Notes: a model not told the origin generated them from the sequence alone. A stretch of DNA of 38,005 nucleotides from Chiloscyllium plagiosum (GCF_004010195.1 NC_057755.1:3242581-3280585), one strand, 5' to 3'. Shown: positions 22,418 to 34,350, counted from the stretch's first letter. A program made the numbers and translations.

Positions 22418-23292
22418 GGAGAAAGTGAGGACTGCAGATGCTGGAGATCAAGAGTTGAGAGTGAAGTGCTCTACAAGCACAGCAGGTCAGGCAGCATCCG
22501 AGGAGCAGGAGAATCGACGTTTCAGGCACAAGCCCTTCATCAGGAATAGCAAGAGAACCCACTTCACCCCCTTTGTGAGCGTCACTTCCGTTGGTGACAT
22601 CACTCCTGACCCTATAATCATGCCCACTCAAGTGACTGTCTCCGCCCCCACACCCAGCTCCAGCTCCACCCCAGATCCTAACCCCCAGCCCTGTCATGTC
22701 TTTACTATTCCCCAGATCTCACCCTCACTGAGGATGAACGTTCAGTCCTCAGCAAAGGCCTCATTTTCATCCCTGTATGCTTCTGCATTAATGAGTTTAA
22801 CATGCATTGTGACCTTGAGCATTTCTTCCTCTGCCTTTGGGCCCACTTCTTCAATCAAGACTCCCGCCCTTCTCTCACCTTCAACACACCCTATCCACCT
22901 GGACACCTTGTACTAGCCTGTTACCTGCTCTTGATCTCTTAATTTCTAACTGCTGCCATGACATCGACCACCTCAACCTGTCCACCCCCCCCACCCACTC
23001 CAACCTCCCGCCCTCATAGCGTGCAGCCCTCCACTCCAACCTCAACCTCACCGTCAAACCCGTAGACAAGGTGGGGTGCTGTGGTAGTTTGCCGCACCGA
23101 CCTCTACATAGCTGAAGCCAGGCGCCAACTCGCAGACACCTCCTCCAACTGTTCCCTCGACCATGACCTCACCTCTCATCACTAAACCATCATCTCCCAG
23201 ACCATCCACAACCTCATCACCTCGGGATCTCCCATCCACAACGTCCGACCTCATCAGCCATTAACCCCGCACCGCCGGATTCTACCACCTTC
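22418..23292 (+). mobile_element. Penelope-like insertion: inverted pLTR (22418-22547) plus forward ORF fragment
   Basis: 14-bp TSD AGAATTTATTTACA (22404-22417 / 23293-23306); fragments LTEDERSVLSKGL, DK.GAVVV, LYIAEARRQLADT and TIISQTIHNLITS match the element at 1-255. Confidence 0.88.
22505..22547 (-). ncRNA. Minimal hammerhead ribozyme motif in the Penelope pLTR
   Basis: Minus strand ATTC-CTGATGA-A-GGGC-TTGT-GCCT-GAAAC-GTC-GATT: intact CUGAUGA and GAAA core, stem II and GUC cleavage triplet. Confidence 0.75.
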
Positions 23293-23994
23293 AGAATTTA
23301 TTTACAAGATTACTGAATGAAACGCAAACAAAAGAAAACAGAATACCGAGTAATGTATCCTATTCAAAACCCAACACATTACCCCAATGAATAATACTGT
23401 TCCCAATACTTGCAACAATCCCCATAAACACCCTTTGGCACAAAATGTAAAATCAAACACAGGTTCTTACAGGATAGAAGTCAAAGAGAGAGCACGAGCC
23501 TGGACCCTGCTTCTTTGAGTCCAGCGGCTTTTTCCACCCTACTGTTAAAAACCAAACCAAACTAGAGAAAAGCTGAGCTGGGAGAACTGGCCACTCCTCT
23601 TTCATTGTACAAGTTTTTTTTATTTGGAAGCCTTCTGCCTGAGGTAGTCTCTGTTAGCTATTATCAAATTGGCCCTAAAACCTTTCAAACCCCCAGAGTC
23701 TGTGTCATTTATGACCTCTCTTTTAAAAAAAATGCCAAGGACAGCAAAACCTTTATAAAAGAGCAGCTTCGTCCCAATATGTACAAATAACACAGGTCTC
23801 AACATTGATCCTTGCAGGACACCACTGGTCACAGACTTCCAGTCAGAAAAATACCCCTGCTCTGTCTTCTGTGGCCAAGCCAGTTTTGTACCTAACTTGC
23901 CATCTTGTCATAGATTCCATGTGACTCATGATAAATATTTTCAAATGCCAATACCCCTTCTTACTGTTGCACTGAATTTATCCTTTATTAACAA

Positions 23995-24290
23995 TGCCAC
24001 CTGATTCCAACCTCAGGCGACTGTGTGTGGAGTTTGCACATTATCCCAGTGTCTGCGTGGGATTCCTCTGGGTGCTCTGGTTTCCTCCCACAGTCCAAAT
24101 ATGTGCAGGTTAGGTGAATTGGCCAAGCTAAATTGCCCATAGTGTTAAGGGATGTGTGCATTAGGTGGATTAGTCTGAGGTAAATGTAGAGTAGTGGGGG
24201 AATGGGTCTGGATGGGTTGCTCTTCAGAGGGTTGGTGTGGACTTGTTGGGCTGAAGGGCTGGTTTTCACACTGTAGGGATTCTATGATCA
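23995..24290 (+). mobile_element. HE1-type V-SINE, 5'-truncated
   Basis: V-domain GTGTGGAGTTTGCACATT...GTCTGCGTGGG...CTCCCACAGTCCAAA and 3' tail; the head is missing. Confidence 0.88.
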
Positions 24291-24789
24291 TGTCCTTTTC
24301 CAATTTGCCTGTCCTTCTTAAATATTGAAAACCCTTGTTTAGTCATTCACCAACATTAGTCATAAAGATGTACAGCATGTAAACAGACCCTTTGGTCTAA
24401 CCTGTGACCAATCCCAACCCAATCTAGTCCCACCTGCCAGCACCTGGCCCATATCCCTCCAAACCCTTCCTATTCATACACTCATCCTTTTCGGAATGTA
24501 ATTATCTTGTACTTGTTTACAACTATTTGCACTGTTAATTCATCTGCCTTAGGACTTAGAGGGGAACTTGCCCTGTATTTGCTGTCCTTATGAGTTTGGA
24601 ATGTACTATTGAGGGAATGTTGTTGAGTTGTGACAGTGTACACTGTAAATGGTGCACACTGCTGTCACTCTGCACCAGTGGTGAAGGAGAAACTACAGTC
24701 TGACCCCAACGTCACATACATGCTGACCTCCCACCCCCAAGCAGCTACATGCTCATGTTTATTCAGTTGATTTTTCTATTGCTTATTGA

Positions 24790-25110
24790 TAGACATCACT
24801 GGTGACACCAGCATTTATTGCCCATCCCAGAGGGCAGTTAAGATTCAACCATATTGCTGTGAGTCTGGAGCCGCATGTAGTTCAGACCTGGTGAGGATAG
24901 GAGTTTCCTTGCCTAAAGGGTATTAGTGAACCAGATGGGTTTCCTCTAACAGTGGTTTCATGGTTATCATTAGACACTTGATTCCAGCATTTTAGTGAAT
25001 TCAAATTCCCCCGTCTGCCATGGCAGGATACAAACTCAGGTCCCCAGAACATTACCTGGGTCTCCTGATTAACAATTCAGCAATAATACCGCTAGGCCAT
25101 TGCTGCCCCT
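24790..25110 (-). mobile_element. Second tRNA-derived SINE family
   Basis: Minus-strand head GGGGCAGCAATGGCCTAGCGGTATT (A box) ... GAGTTTGTATCC (decayed B box); homologous decayed copy at about 9830-9985; tail shared with the LINE at 10445-10495. Confidence 0.7.
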
Positions 25111-25965
25111 TAGGCTGACCCCTAAGGCAATAGAGGTATGGTGTTCAGTCTTGCACGTCAGAGAAGATCCTTGACATGTTTGTGCAATGGCAACTAGGTT
25201 CTGCAGACAGCTCCCAGCCACCTGCACCACCATCCCCTCCCCACCGCCCAACCCCAGCCCTACCTCATGGCTTATGACCTCTGCAAATCCTTCCAGATTT
25301 TCTTGCTTCGGTGCAGAGGTCTCCTTTACGTCCCAGGAAGATGATCTGTGTGGAGAAAAATATAATGGAAGTTGCTATTGAACTGTGGGACCACTTGAGA
25401 TCTTCCCTCTGTCATGCTGCCAAGTATCTTTTATCTCATGCTGCACTGTTTATGTTTCGGGAACCTCTCCCAGTAGCAGGTCAGAAACACTGTCTGGAGA
25501 TCTTAAATTGATGATATAAATATGGTTACTTGGTAGCAAAAGGACTGAGGCAGTTTTCCGGTGATGGGCAACCTTATATGATACTGCCATCAAATTCAAC
25601 CACTTCAGGTAAACAATGTGACCGGTGTGTCAGCCCCCAAATCAGTCCAGTGAATGATTGGCCACACTGTGGTTCTTCCAAGAACAGGGATTGGTGTTGG
25701 AGATTCCACTCCCACCTTTGCCTCTCTGCTGGCTCTTGTAAGATCCTGGTCAATGTTCCATTAAAGGTGTTGATTGCACATCAGTTGGCCAAATTTAAAT
25801 GGGGTGTATCGCTGTTAACTTTGCATTGACCTTGCAAGCCAGAAGGAATAGGACAGAAAGTGGTTTATCACATACTCTAAAAGATTCTGTACGGAATAAA
25901 AACTTACTTATTTCCTCAGTTATTGATATTGGTCTCCTGTTTATTCAGTTTTCCTTCTTTTTTAG

Positions 25966-26079
25966 AGATGGGCGATACTCATGATCCATGTGATCACTGC
26001 ACATTTTGCAGTAGCGGGATGTGTGATATTTAATCTCTCACTCTTTTACTTACCAACAATTCCATTCAACTTCTTTATG
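25966..26079 (+). CDS. MS4A: MS4A-family exon encoding TM3
   Basis: Strong polypyrimidine acceptor ttttccttctttttttag|AGA and donor ATG|gtaagt, 114 nt, phase 0/0; hydrophobic RWAILMIHVITAHFAVAGCVIFNLSLFYLPTIPFNFFM in frame with the previous exons. Confidence 0.85.
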
Positions 26080-26606
26080 GTAAGTATCTTCTGTCTCACT
26101 GTCAAATTATGTATTAACAATGATGATCACTTACTGTGTCAGGGTGTGTTTATAGATAAAGATAATGATCATTTCATACTTAAATACATATTTGTACATT
26201 AATCATGATGGTCCCTTGTATCAGTGTGTATGTTTACAGACTAACTGTAATGATCATCAAATATGTTTACAGACCACAATAAAATGTGTATAATTTATTT
26301 AGGAAATTAGGAACAGGAGTAAGCCATTTGGCTTCTTGATCCTATTCTGCCATTCAGTGAGATCATGGTTGATCTGTAGCCTAACTCCATATATCTGCCT
26401 TTCCTGGCTTGAAAGTTTAGCAAACTAAACCCTTATCTGAGGTAACTTGTACTATAAACTGGTTTCTCAAATCAATACTGGTCTCTTCTGAACTGAACTG
26501 AAAACAAAGCTTACATGTTTACTTGCTCAATATAACCTGAAATTTCACATGCAGAAAGATAAAATGTTCTTTATTTCCCTGACATCAGATTATTGCAAAT
26601 ATTAGT

Positions 26607-26912
26607 GGGCGGCACGGTGGCACAGTGGTTAGCACTGCTGCCTCACAGTGCCAGAGACATGTGTTCAATTTCCGCCTCAGGTGATTGACTGTGTGGAGTT
26701 TGCACGTTCTCCCCATGTCTGCATGGGTTTCCTCCGGTTCTTCCCACAGTCCAAAGATGTGCAGGCCAGGTGAATTTGCCATGCTAAATTGCCCGTGGTG
26801 TTAGGTGAAGGGGTAAATGTAGGGGAATGAGTCTGGGTGGGTTGCGCTTCGTCGGCTCAGTGTGGACTTGTTGGGCCGAAGGGCCTGTTTCCACACTGTA
26901 AGTAATCTAATC
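26607..26912 (+). mobile_element. HE1-type V-SINE, full length
   Basis: Same head, V-domain and TAAGTAATCTAATC tail as 9986-10288. Confidence 0.92.
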
Positions 26913-27439
26913 AAAAAAATTAATGTCAAACAAGGAAATACTTACAGTGCACAGAATGGACTTTGTAGTTTGCATTGGTTTGTAGAATCCTTTGTCTGTC
27001 TACTTCCCATCAGCCCTCCTTCCTCCACTGACACCTTTTTCTTTTCCAAAAAGAGTTCATTCAACTGTTCCAGCTGCCCTCCCTCACAGTCAGCACTTAC
27101 TGCTGGAGTCCCACAACTGCATGAGCTCCCCTGCTCAGTACTGTCCCTTCACTGTCGCTACCTGCTGTTGGAGGATTTGTTACACACTTGCCCTGCTTGA
27201 AACTGTCACGGAAAGTGCACATAGCATGCAGTGATCCTTTGCTAAACAGTTGCGCATGATGCTGAGAATGTTCAAATCCACATTAGTGACACTATTCTCT
27301 CCTTACATGTCGATCTGGGGGAAAATTGTAAGGGTTGGGTCATATTCAGCATTTGCTTGAGAAGAAAGTCTCAGCTTCTTATCTGGGTTGGTACCTTCCA
27401 AAGGATCTAGGCTGTGTAGTGGATCACCCAGGACACCCA

Positions 27440-29360
27440 AGTCTTATTGAATATTCCCCTCTTTCAATTTATATGTAATAATCTGCCTTCCTAGCTTTAC
27501 TACCAAGGTGGATAACCTCACGTTTATCCACATTATGATGCATCTGCCATGCAATCACCTATTCACTTAGCTTGGCTATATCACACTGAAATTCTCTGCA
27601 TCTTCCTTGTAGTTCACCCTGCCATCCAGCTTTGTGTCATCTGCAAAATCCTTGGTAATGGACTCCAGCATCTTACCCAGCATCACTGACATCAGACTCA
27701 CTAGTCTGTAATCACTGTTTTCTTTGTACCACCTATTTTAAATAATGGGGTTACATTAGCTACCCTCCAATCTTCAGGAACTATTCCAGAGTCTAAAGAA
27801 TCTTGGAAGATGACCACCAATGGATTCACTATTTCTAGGGCCACTTCCTTAAATGCTGTGGATTGTAGGTTATTAGGCCCTGGGAACTTATCCGCCTTCA
27901 ATCACATCAGTTTCTCTAGTAAAATTTCTCTATCAAACAGACATGCTTCAGTTCCTCTTTCTCATTAAACCCTGTGTTCTCCATCATTTTTGAAACATAA
28001 TTTGTGTCTTCCTTTATGAAGACACAACCAAAGTATGAATTTAGTTTGTCAGCCATTTCTTTGTTCCATATTATAAATTCCTCCATTTGTGATCATAAGG
28101 GACTTACATTAGTTTTCGTCAATCTCATTCTCTTTACGTGCCCACAGAAACTTTTATAGACAGTTCTTGTATTCTCTGCTATCTCGCTCGTACTTCATTT
28201 TCTTCTTCTTCATTCTTCTCAGACATTTTCTTTGCTGACCTAAACTGTTCCCAATCCTCAGATCTAATGTCTTACCAATTTCTATGGCTCTTTTTTGCAT
28301 CCAGTACTATCTCTACTTTCCTCATAAGCCAGTGTTCTCTTTGCCCTCTTGTGTCAACCAGGATTAAAGAATTTTTGTAGTTCATTCATTTGCTCTTTGA
28401 ATGTTTGCTATTGCCAATTATTCCTTTCAGTAACATCTGCCAGACTGTTGTAGCCAACTAATGGCGAAGACCATCATTATTCTCCTCAATAAGATTCAGA
28501 ATCAACTACCTCACTCTGTATCCAGATGAAGAATTCTATCATATTATGGCTGCTCATTTCCAAGGGCTCTCCCAACTACATATCCAAGTATTCCTTTCTC
28601 ATAATACTCAGTCTAAAATGGCCTATTGTCTAGTTGGTTCCTCAACATATTGGTCCAGAAAGCCCTTTTGTATACACTCCAGGAATTCCTCTTTTATTTT
28701 ATTGTGATTAATTTGAATCGCCCAATCAATGTGCAAATCAAAATCACCCATAATTACAAATGTTCCTTTACTGCATGCATTTCCGATTTCCTCTTTACCG
28801 ACATCATCACTACAGTTTGGTGGTCGATATACCATTCCTACTAATGATGTTTGTCCCTTGGTATTTCTCAATTCTACCCACAGATTCTACACTGTTTAGG
28901 GTGGCACGGTGGCTCAGTGATTAGCACTGCTGCCTCACAGCACCAGGGACCCAGGTTCAATTCCAGCCTTGGTCGACTGTCTACGTGGAGGTTGCACATT
29001 CTCCTCATGTCTGCGTGGGTTTCCTCCGGGTGCTCCGGTTTCCTCCCCCAGTCTAAAGATGTGCAAGTCAGGTGAATTGGCCATGCTAAATTGCCCATAG
29101 TACTAGGTGCATCAGTCAGAGGGAAATGGGTCTGGGTGTGTTACTCTTTGGAGGGTCGGTGTGGACTGGTTGGGCCGAAGGACCTGTTTCCGCAATGTAG
29201 GCAATCTAATCTGTTTGAGCTAATATCTTTCCTCAGCATTGTATTTCTATAATTTTTGGCCAGTAATACAACTTCAGTGCTTTTTTCCTTTTTGTCTGTT
29301 CATCCTTATACCCCTGGATATTCAGTTCTCATCTTGCAGCCATGTCTCTATAATCCAAAC
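27440..29360 (-). mobile_element. CR1 LINE, internally deleted (EN and RT fragments)
   Basis: ORF 28623-28871 LVGMVYRPPN...VIMGDFDLHIDW; ORF 27701-27901 K.PGP....FKEVA.EI..PL..IFQ.SL..G.VPEDWRVANVTPLFK. Confidence 0.9.
28899..29210 (+). mobile_element. HE1-type V-SINE inserted in CR1
   Basis: Full head, V-domain and tail; flanking CTGTTT duplication (28892-28897 / 29211-29216). Confidence 0.92.
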
Positions 29361-29451
29361 TATATCACAATCATTCTTCAGGTCTCCTCTGTGCTGTGAT
29401 TCAGTGTGGGAGTGGACTTCCACACAACATATATATCCCTGGATTCCAGAA

Positions 29452-29880
29452 GACTATAGGTATACCAGCAGAGTTAGGCAATTTGGCCTATTGAGTGTGC
29501 TGTGCTATTCGATCACAGTTGTTACGTTTCTCAACCCCGTTCTCCTGCATTCTCCCCGTAATCCTTGATCTTGGATCCTCTTCGTAATCAAGAATCTGTC
29601 TATCTCTGTCTTAAATACACTCATTGACTTGGCCTCCACAGATTAACCACCCTCTGGCAGAAGAAATTTTCTCCTCATCTATGTTCTAAAGGGTGACTCT
29701 GAGGCTGTGCTGTAAGGTTCCAGTCTCTCCTATTAGTGGAAACATCTTTCTAACATCCACTCTGTCCAAGCTTCTCAGCATTCTCTGTTTCATTGAGATC
29801 CTCTCTCATCCTTCTAAACTCCATCAAGTACAGACTCAGTCTACAATCACTCCTCATGTGACAAGCTGTTCTAATTGAAT
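29452..29880 (-). mobile_element. CR1 LINE 3' end
   Basis: Resembles the reverse complement of the CR1 3' region at 7050-7470 (e.g. CACCCTCTGGCAGAAGAAATT encoding NFFxQRVV). Confidence 0.8.
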
Positions 29881-29884
29881 TTCT

Positions 29885-30960
29885 CTGGATGGTCAAAGTT
29901 TTGAAAAAGAAATTAAACTAACTTCTCCTCTACCATTTTTGCAGTATTTTTTCTCCAAAAGTACTGCTTCAGGAAACTTATCGAATCAGCCGTGATTTTT
30001 AAGAGACTGACTCCCATTCTTGGTTTTAGGTAAGGGGTATTACACACACTATTAAGACCTTGCCAGATGGTTCTTCAAAAGCTGCTATCAGGGTTAAAGG
30101 TGTAAATTAATACTTTGTATTTCTCCGCTTACAAAAGTCGACCACGTATTTGTGTAATCTTGGCTAATAAAAATGTTTTAACATTTAGCCTGTGTTTATC
30201 AAACATCTAAATGGTTTGTCATTAGTACTTTGACAGATAAAACTATCACTTGATGGAAGATTGTCAATTTCTGATCGTCTTGTGTTTGAGATGGTCTCCA
30301 TTTTCTTATTGTCTTTCAAATAATAATACTCTGGTTTAGTTATGATTCAATTTCTAAGTAAGCTTTTCTGTATAACACTCAATTCAGGATTCACTGATTG
30401 TATTTCTGTTAAAGAGGATGGCTAAACATGTCAGCCTCATTCATTTACCTTCATCCCTTTTGTTTAAATTTTCAAAATTTGTTTCCAGTCACAGAATTTC
30501 TAAATCATCTGTTTTTTGATTGATTTCTCCTCTTCCTATACAATTCTTTGGGCATGAGATCTTGTCACTGCATAGTCAGGAATCAATCCAGAATATTGTT
30601 TCTATAACATCCCCTTTTCTTGAACTTCCCTCAGTGAGGTCTTTGCTTTTGGACCAGCCAGGTAATTTATCAAACTAAACTCAGTTTATTTCACTATTCC
30701 AAGTTCTCATTTTGCTTAAAGAATTCTTTAATCTAACTCCAGACTTATGCTACTAGTTTGAAACCTCCATGTATACTGCCAGTTAATATTTTCTTTTTCA
30801 TCAATCCCGCAAGAAGACAAATTGTATGATCAGCTGGCATCAGTAACCTTTAATGATCTTGTGTCTCACAGTATCTCTATTGGTTTACCTCCTTGATTTG
30901 ACAAAGAAAACAACAATTCTTCTTTCGAAATAAAATATTCAGAACCTCCAGTGATATGAT
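29885..30960 (-). mobile_element. Possible ancient L1/Tx1-like ORF2 remnant
   Basis: AT-rich and stop-ridden; minus-strand fragments IQFVF...KKKIL...GGFKLV weakly resemble the FIW...GGLxL motif. Confidence 0.25.
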
Positions 30961-30977
30961 TCTTTACATCACAGAAT

Positions 30978-31640
30978 CTTTTTTTAAAACTACCACCAGT
31001 AAATACCTTTGTAGCCAATCTAATATTTACAAGCAAAATTTACCATTATAGGTAATGCAAACTATAAAAGGTGAGGGAGGGAGAGAGGGAAGGGGCTTAA
31101 TCAAAATGAAGTTAGAGGGGCTGAGAGTCTTCTTTTATGGGAGGGTCACTTTTTTTTATGTCTACCCAAAAATGTTATCTCACACAACTGAGTGACCTTC
31201 CCAACACCAAAATCACAATGTGTTTTTTTATTTAGCCTACTGACCACCACGAACAAAACAGCCATGTTACCAATTGAATATTTACAGGCAAAGGCCATTA
31301 CGGACAATGCAAAGCATCAAAGGTGGGAATGGTTTAGGGAGAGTGGGAAGGGACTAAATCAAAATGGAGTTGGAGGGGAAAGGGTCTGTTTTACCTTATC
31401 TGTTCTACCCAGAAGCATTTTCACACACAACAGAGTGGCCATCCCACCACTAAAATCACTGAGTTTTTTTTTGGTTTGTTTTAAATCTACTGACCATCAC
31501 CAATAAAAGACATGTAAAGCTAATTGGATATTTACAAGCGAAGCTCATTCTGTGCAATGCAAACCATAAAGATGAGCATGTTTGGGATAAGGAAGAGTGG
31601 GAAGGGACAAAATCAAAGTGAGTTGATGGGGAAAGGGTTT
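30978..31640 (-). repeat. Three diverged ~250-bp tandem units related to the Tx1-like 3' end
   Basis: Each unit contains ACCA.CA...AATATTTACA.GC...AATGCAAA and ends GGAAGGG.C.AAATCAAAAT.GAGTT..GGGG, matching Tx1-like 16155-16177. Confidence 0.7.
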
Positions 31641-31759
31641 GTTTCTTTTTATTTAAATTGGTTTTCTAATCAAACTATTCAATGATATTATTACACACTT
31701 CTGGAGCAGATGGAACTTGAATCGTGGTCAGTTCTTTGATTTTTAATTTTTTTTCAATT

Positions 31760-31880
31760 TCACCTATTTTTCTAATCAGCATGTTCAGAGATGTTATTAC
31801 ACACCCCTGGTAAAGGTTGGACTTGAACTCAGTTCTCCCAGCCCAGGTGTAGGGACATTACCATTATGCCATAACAGGGC
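31760..31880 (-). mobile_element. tRNA-derived SINE head fragment (partial second copy at about 31685-31725)
   Basis: Minus strand TGGCATAATGGTAATG (A box) ... GAGTTCAAGTCC (B box). Confidence 0.55.
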
Positions 31881-31929
31881 CAAATATCTTTTGCCACCTT
31901 GTCTGCTCACAGCAGGAGATAAAAAGACA

Positions 31930-32104
31930 CTATTACAATAATCATTAGGGACCTCAAACTGCAGGTGGACTGGAAAAATCAAGTCAGGAACAGATCCCAA
32001 GAAAAGGAATTCATGGAATGTCTGCAAGGTGTTTTTTTGGAGCAGCTTGTGGTAGAGCTCACGAGGGAACAAGCAGTTCTGGACTGGGTCATGCATAATG
32101 ATGC
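31930..32104 (+). mobile_element. CR1 endonuclease fragment
   Basis: ORF 31965-32168 DWKNQ...EFMECLQGVFLEQLV.E.TRE.AVLDWV. Confidence 0.8.
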
Positions 32105-32902
32105 AGAGAGAGCAGCAGCCAGGAGACCTTTACTGCAACTTCTGACCCTGTTGAGACTCTATCAGTAACTGATACTGAATCACAAAGCTAAATCCTGGTC
32201 TGTGGGAGCTGGCTGCACCCATCCAGGCTGCTTCTTTTGTTCCAAGAAAAGAACAAAAAACACTAGGACAAAATAACCTCTTAAAGCCACAGCATCATCA
32301 CACCTCTTCCCTTAAAAAAATGAACCATCAATATACAAAGATGACTTAATTTTTAAAACCCTTTGTCTCACTCTATTAATACACTACAGTACATGTATAT
32401 TACATGACTCTAACCATGCAAACATTCACTGCTACAATCTGTTTCGGTCCTTTTATTCCTGCCACTGAATGTCTCCGTCTTTTTTTGACAAATCGTGACA
32501 ATGGGTCAACATATATATGCCACCATGTATATAATTTTCAAATTGAATGGCTGCAATAATAAGCTCCATTTAAAGAGTCTAGAATTTTTGTCTTTAAATT
32601 TCTCCAAGAACTTCGAATAATTATGATCTGTATATACAATTGTCTCAGGCAAATTACTGGCAATAAAAATGTTGAAATGTTGTAACATCAATACCAAGCT
32701 CCAATTCTCCTTTTCAATAGTGGAATATTTCCATTGACTATTATTCAGTTTTCTGGAAAAATACCCAATAGGTCTTTCTATCTTTATGGCAGAAGTGAGG
32801 ATTGTAGATTTGCCCAAAACGTCGATTGTAGATGCTGGAAATCAGAGTCTAGATTAGAGTGGTGCTGGACAGGCACAGCAGGTCAGGCAGAATCCGAGGA
32901 GC

Positions 32903-32944
32903 AGGAAAATCGACGTTTCAGGCAAAAGCCCTTCATCAGGAATG
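32903..32944 (-). ncRNA. Minimal hammerhead ribozyme motif (intact core)
   Basis: Minus strand CATTC-CTGATGA-A-GGGC-TTTT-GCCT-GAAAC-GTC-GATT. Confidence 0.75.
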
Positions 32945-34350
32945 AAGGCAGGGAATCTCCAGGGTGGAGAGATAAATGGGAGGGGTTGGGGCCGGGGAGA
33001 AGATAGCAAAGAGTACAATGGGTGGGTGGGGGTGGGGATAAGGGTGATAGGTCAGAGAGGAGGGTGGAGCGGATAGGTGGGAAGGAAGATTGGCAGGTAG
33101 GACAGGTCATGAGGATGGTGCTGAGCTGGAAGGTTGGAACTGGGATAAGGTGGGGGAAGGGAAATGAGGAAACTGGCAAAATCCACATTGATGCCCTGGG
33201 ATTGAAGTGTTCCAAGGTGGGAGATGAGGTGTTCTTCCTCCAGGGCGCCAGGTGGTGAGGGAGTGGCAGTGAAGGAGGCCCAGGACCTGCATGTCCTCGG
33301 CAGAATGGGAGGGGGAGTTGAAATGTTCGGTCACGGGACAGTGAGGTTGATTGGTGCAGGTGTCATGGAGATGTTCCCTGAAGCGAGAAGGTGTCCAGTC
33401 TCCCCAATGTAAAGGAGACCGCATCAGGAGCAACGGATACAATTAATGACGTGTTTAATGTAGTCTCCAATGTTACCCTTTCAGAACCATTGCCTTATAT
33501 AACACTGTCAATTTCCTTCTGTAGTTACAACATGGAATTGGCGTAAGCTCATCAGCAATAGGAGCAGATGCAGGCCACAAGGATCGGTGCTTGGTGCACT
33601 GCTTTTCATCATTTATATAAACGATTTGGATGTGAACATTGGAGGTATAATTAGTAAGTTTGCAAATAACACCAAAGGTGGATTTGTAGTGGACAGTGAA
33701 GAAGGTTACCTCAGAGTATAATAGGATCTTGAGCAGATGGGCCAATGGGCCGAGGAGTGCTGGATGGATTTTAAAATAGATAAATGTAAGGTGCTGCATT
33801 TTGAAAAAAGAAATCAGGGCAGGACTTATACATTTAATGGTAAGGTCCTGGGGAGTGTATCCCACCCACGTCACACACCTCCACCCTAAACCCCACCCCT
33901 CCAACTGTAACAAGGACAGAACCCCCTCGGTCCTCACTTTCCACCCTACCAACCTTCGCATTAATCACATCATCAGTCGACACTTCCGCCACCTCCAAAC
34001 GGACCCCACCACCAGGGATATATTTCCCTCCTCACCCCTTTCCGCAAAGACCATTCCCTCTGTGACTACCTGGTCAGGTTCACACCCACAACAACCCACC
34101 CTCCTCTCCTGGCACCTTCCCCTGCCACCGCAGGAATTGCAAAACCTGCGCCCACAGCTCCCCCCCTCACCTCCATCCAAGGCCCCAAAGGAGCTTTCCA
34201 CATCCATCAAAGTTTCACCTGCACAGCCACCCTCCTCTCCAACCTATCATCTTCATCCCCAGCCCCATCCACCAATTGTACTCTTTGCTCCCTTCTCCCC
34301 AGCCCCACCCCCTTTCCATTTATTTCTCCACCTTGGAGGCTCCCTGCCTT

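Larger units (their letters stand above)
22345..23775 (-). mobile_element. Probable Gypsy-type solo LTR interrupted by a Penelope insertion
   Basis: Non-coding flanks join across the TSD; AATAAA on the minus strand; right end ...AAAAGAGCAGCTTCGTCCCA resembles the LTR end ...AAAGCCACAGCATCATCACA at 32283-32302. Confidence 0.5.

Noticed and set aside
25110..25830. Several 60-99 aa ORFs in unassigned DNA
   Set aside because: No recognisable motifs or convincing splice context; probably decayed repeat or intronic sequence.
26607..26680. tRNA gene-like sequences (also 10215-10288, 28899-28970, 25030-25110)
   Set aside because: They are SINE heads followed by SINE bodies and tails, with no complete cloverleaf.
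26975..27234. Possible acceptor (cttcccatcag) for the MS4A TM4 exon
   Set aside because: The phase-0 frame hits TGA after five codons and no hydrophobic helix is encoded.
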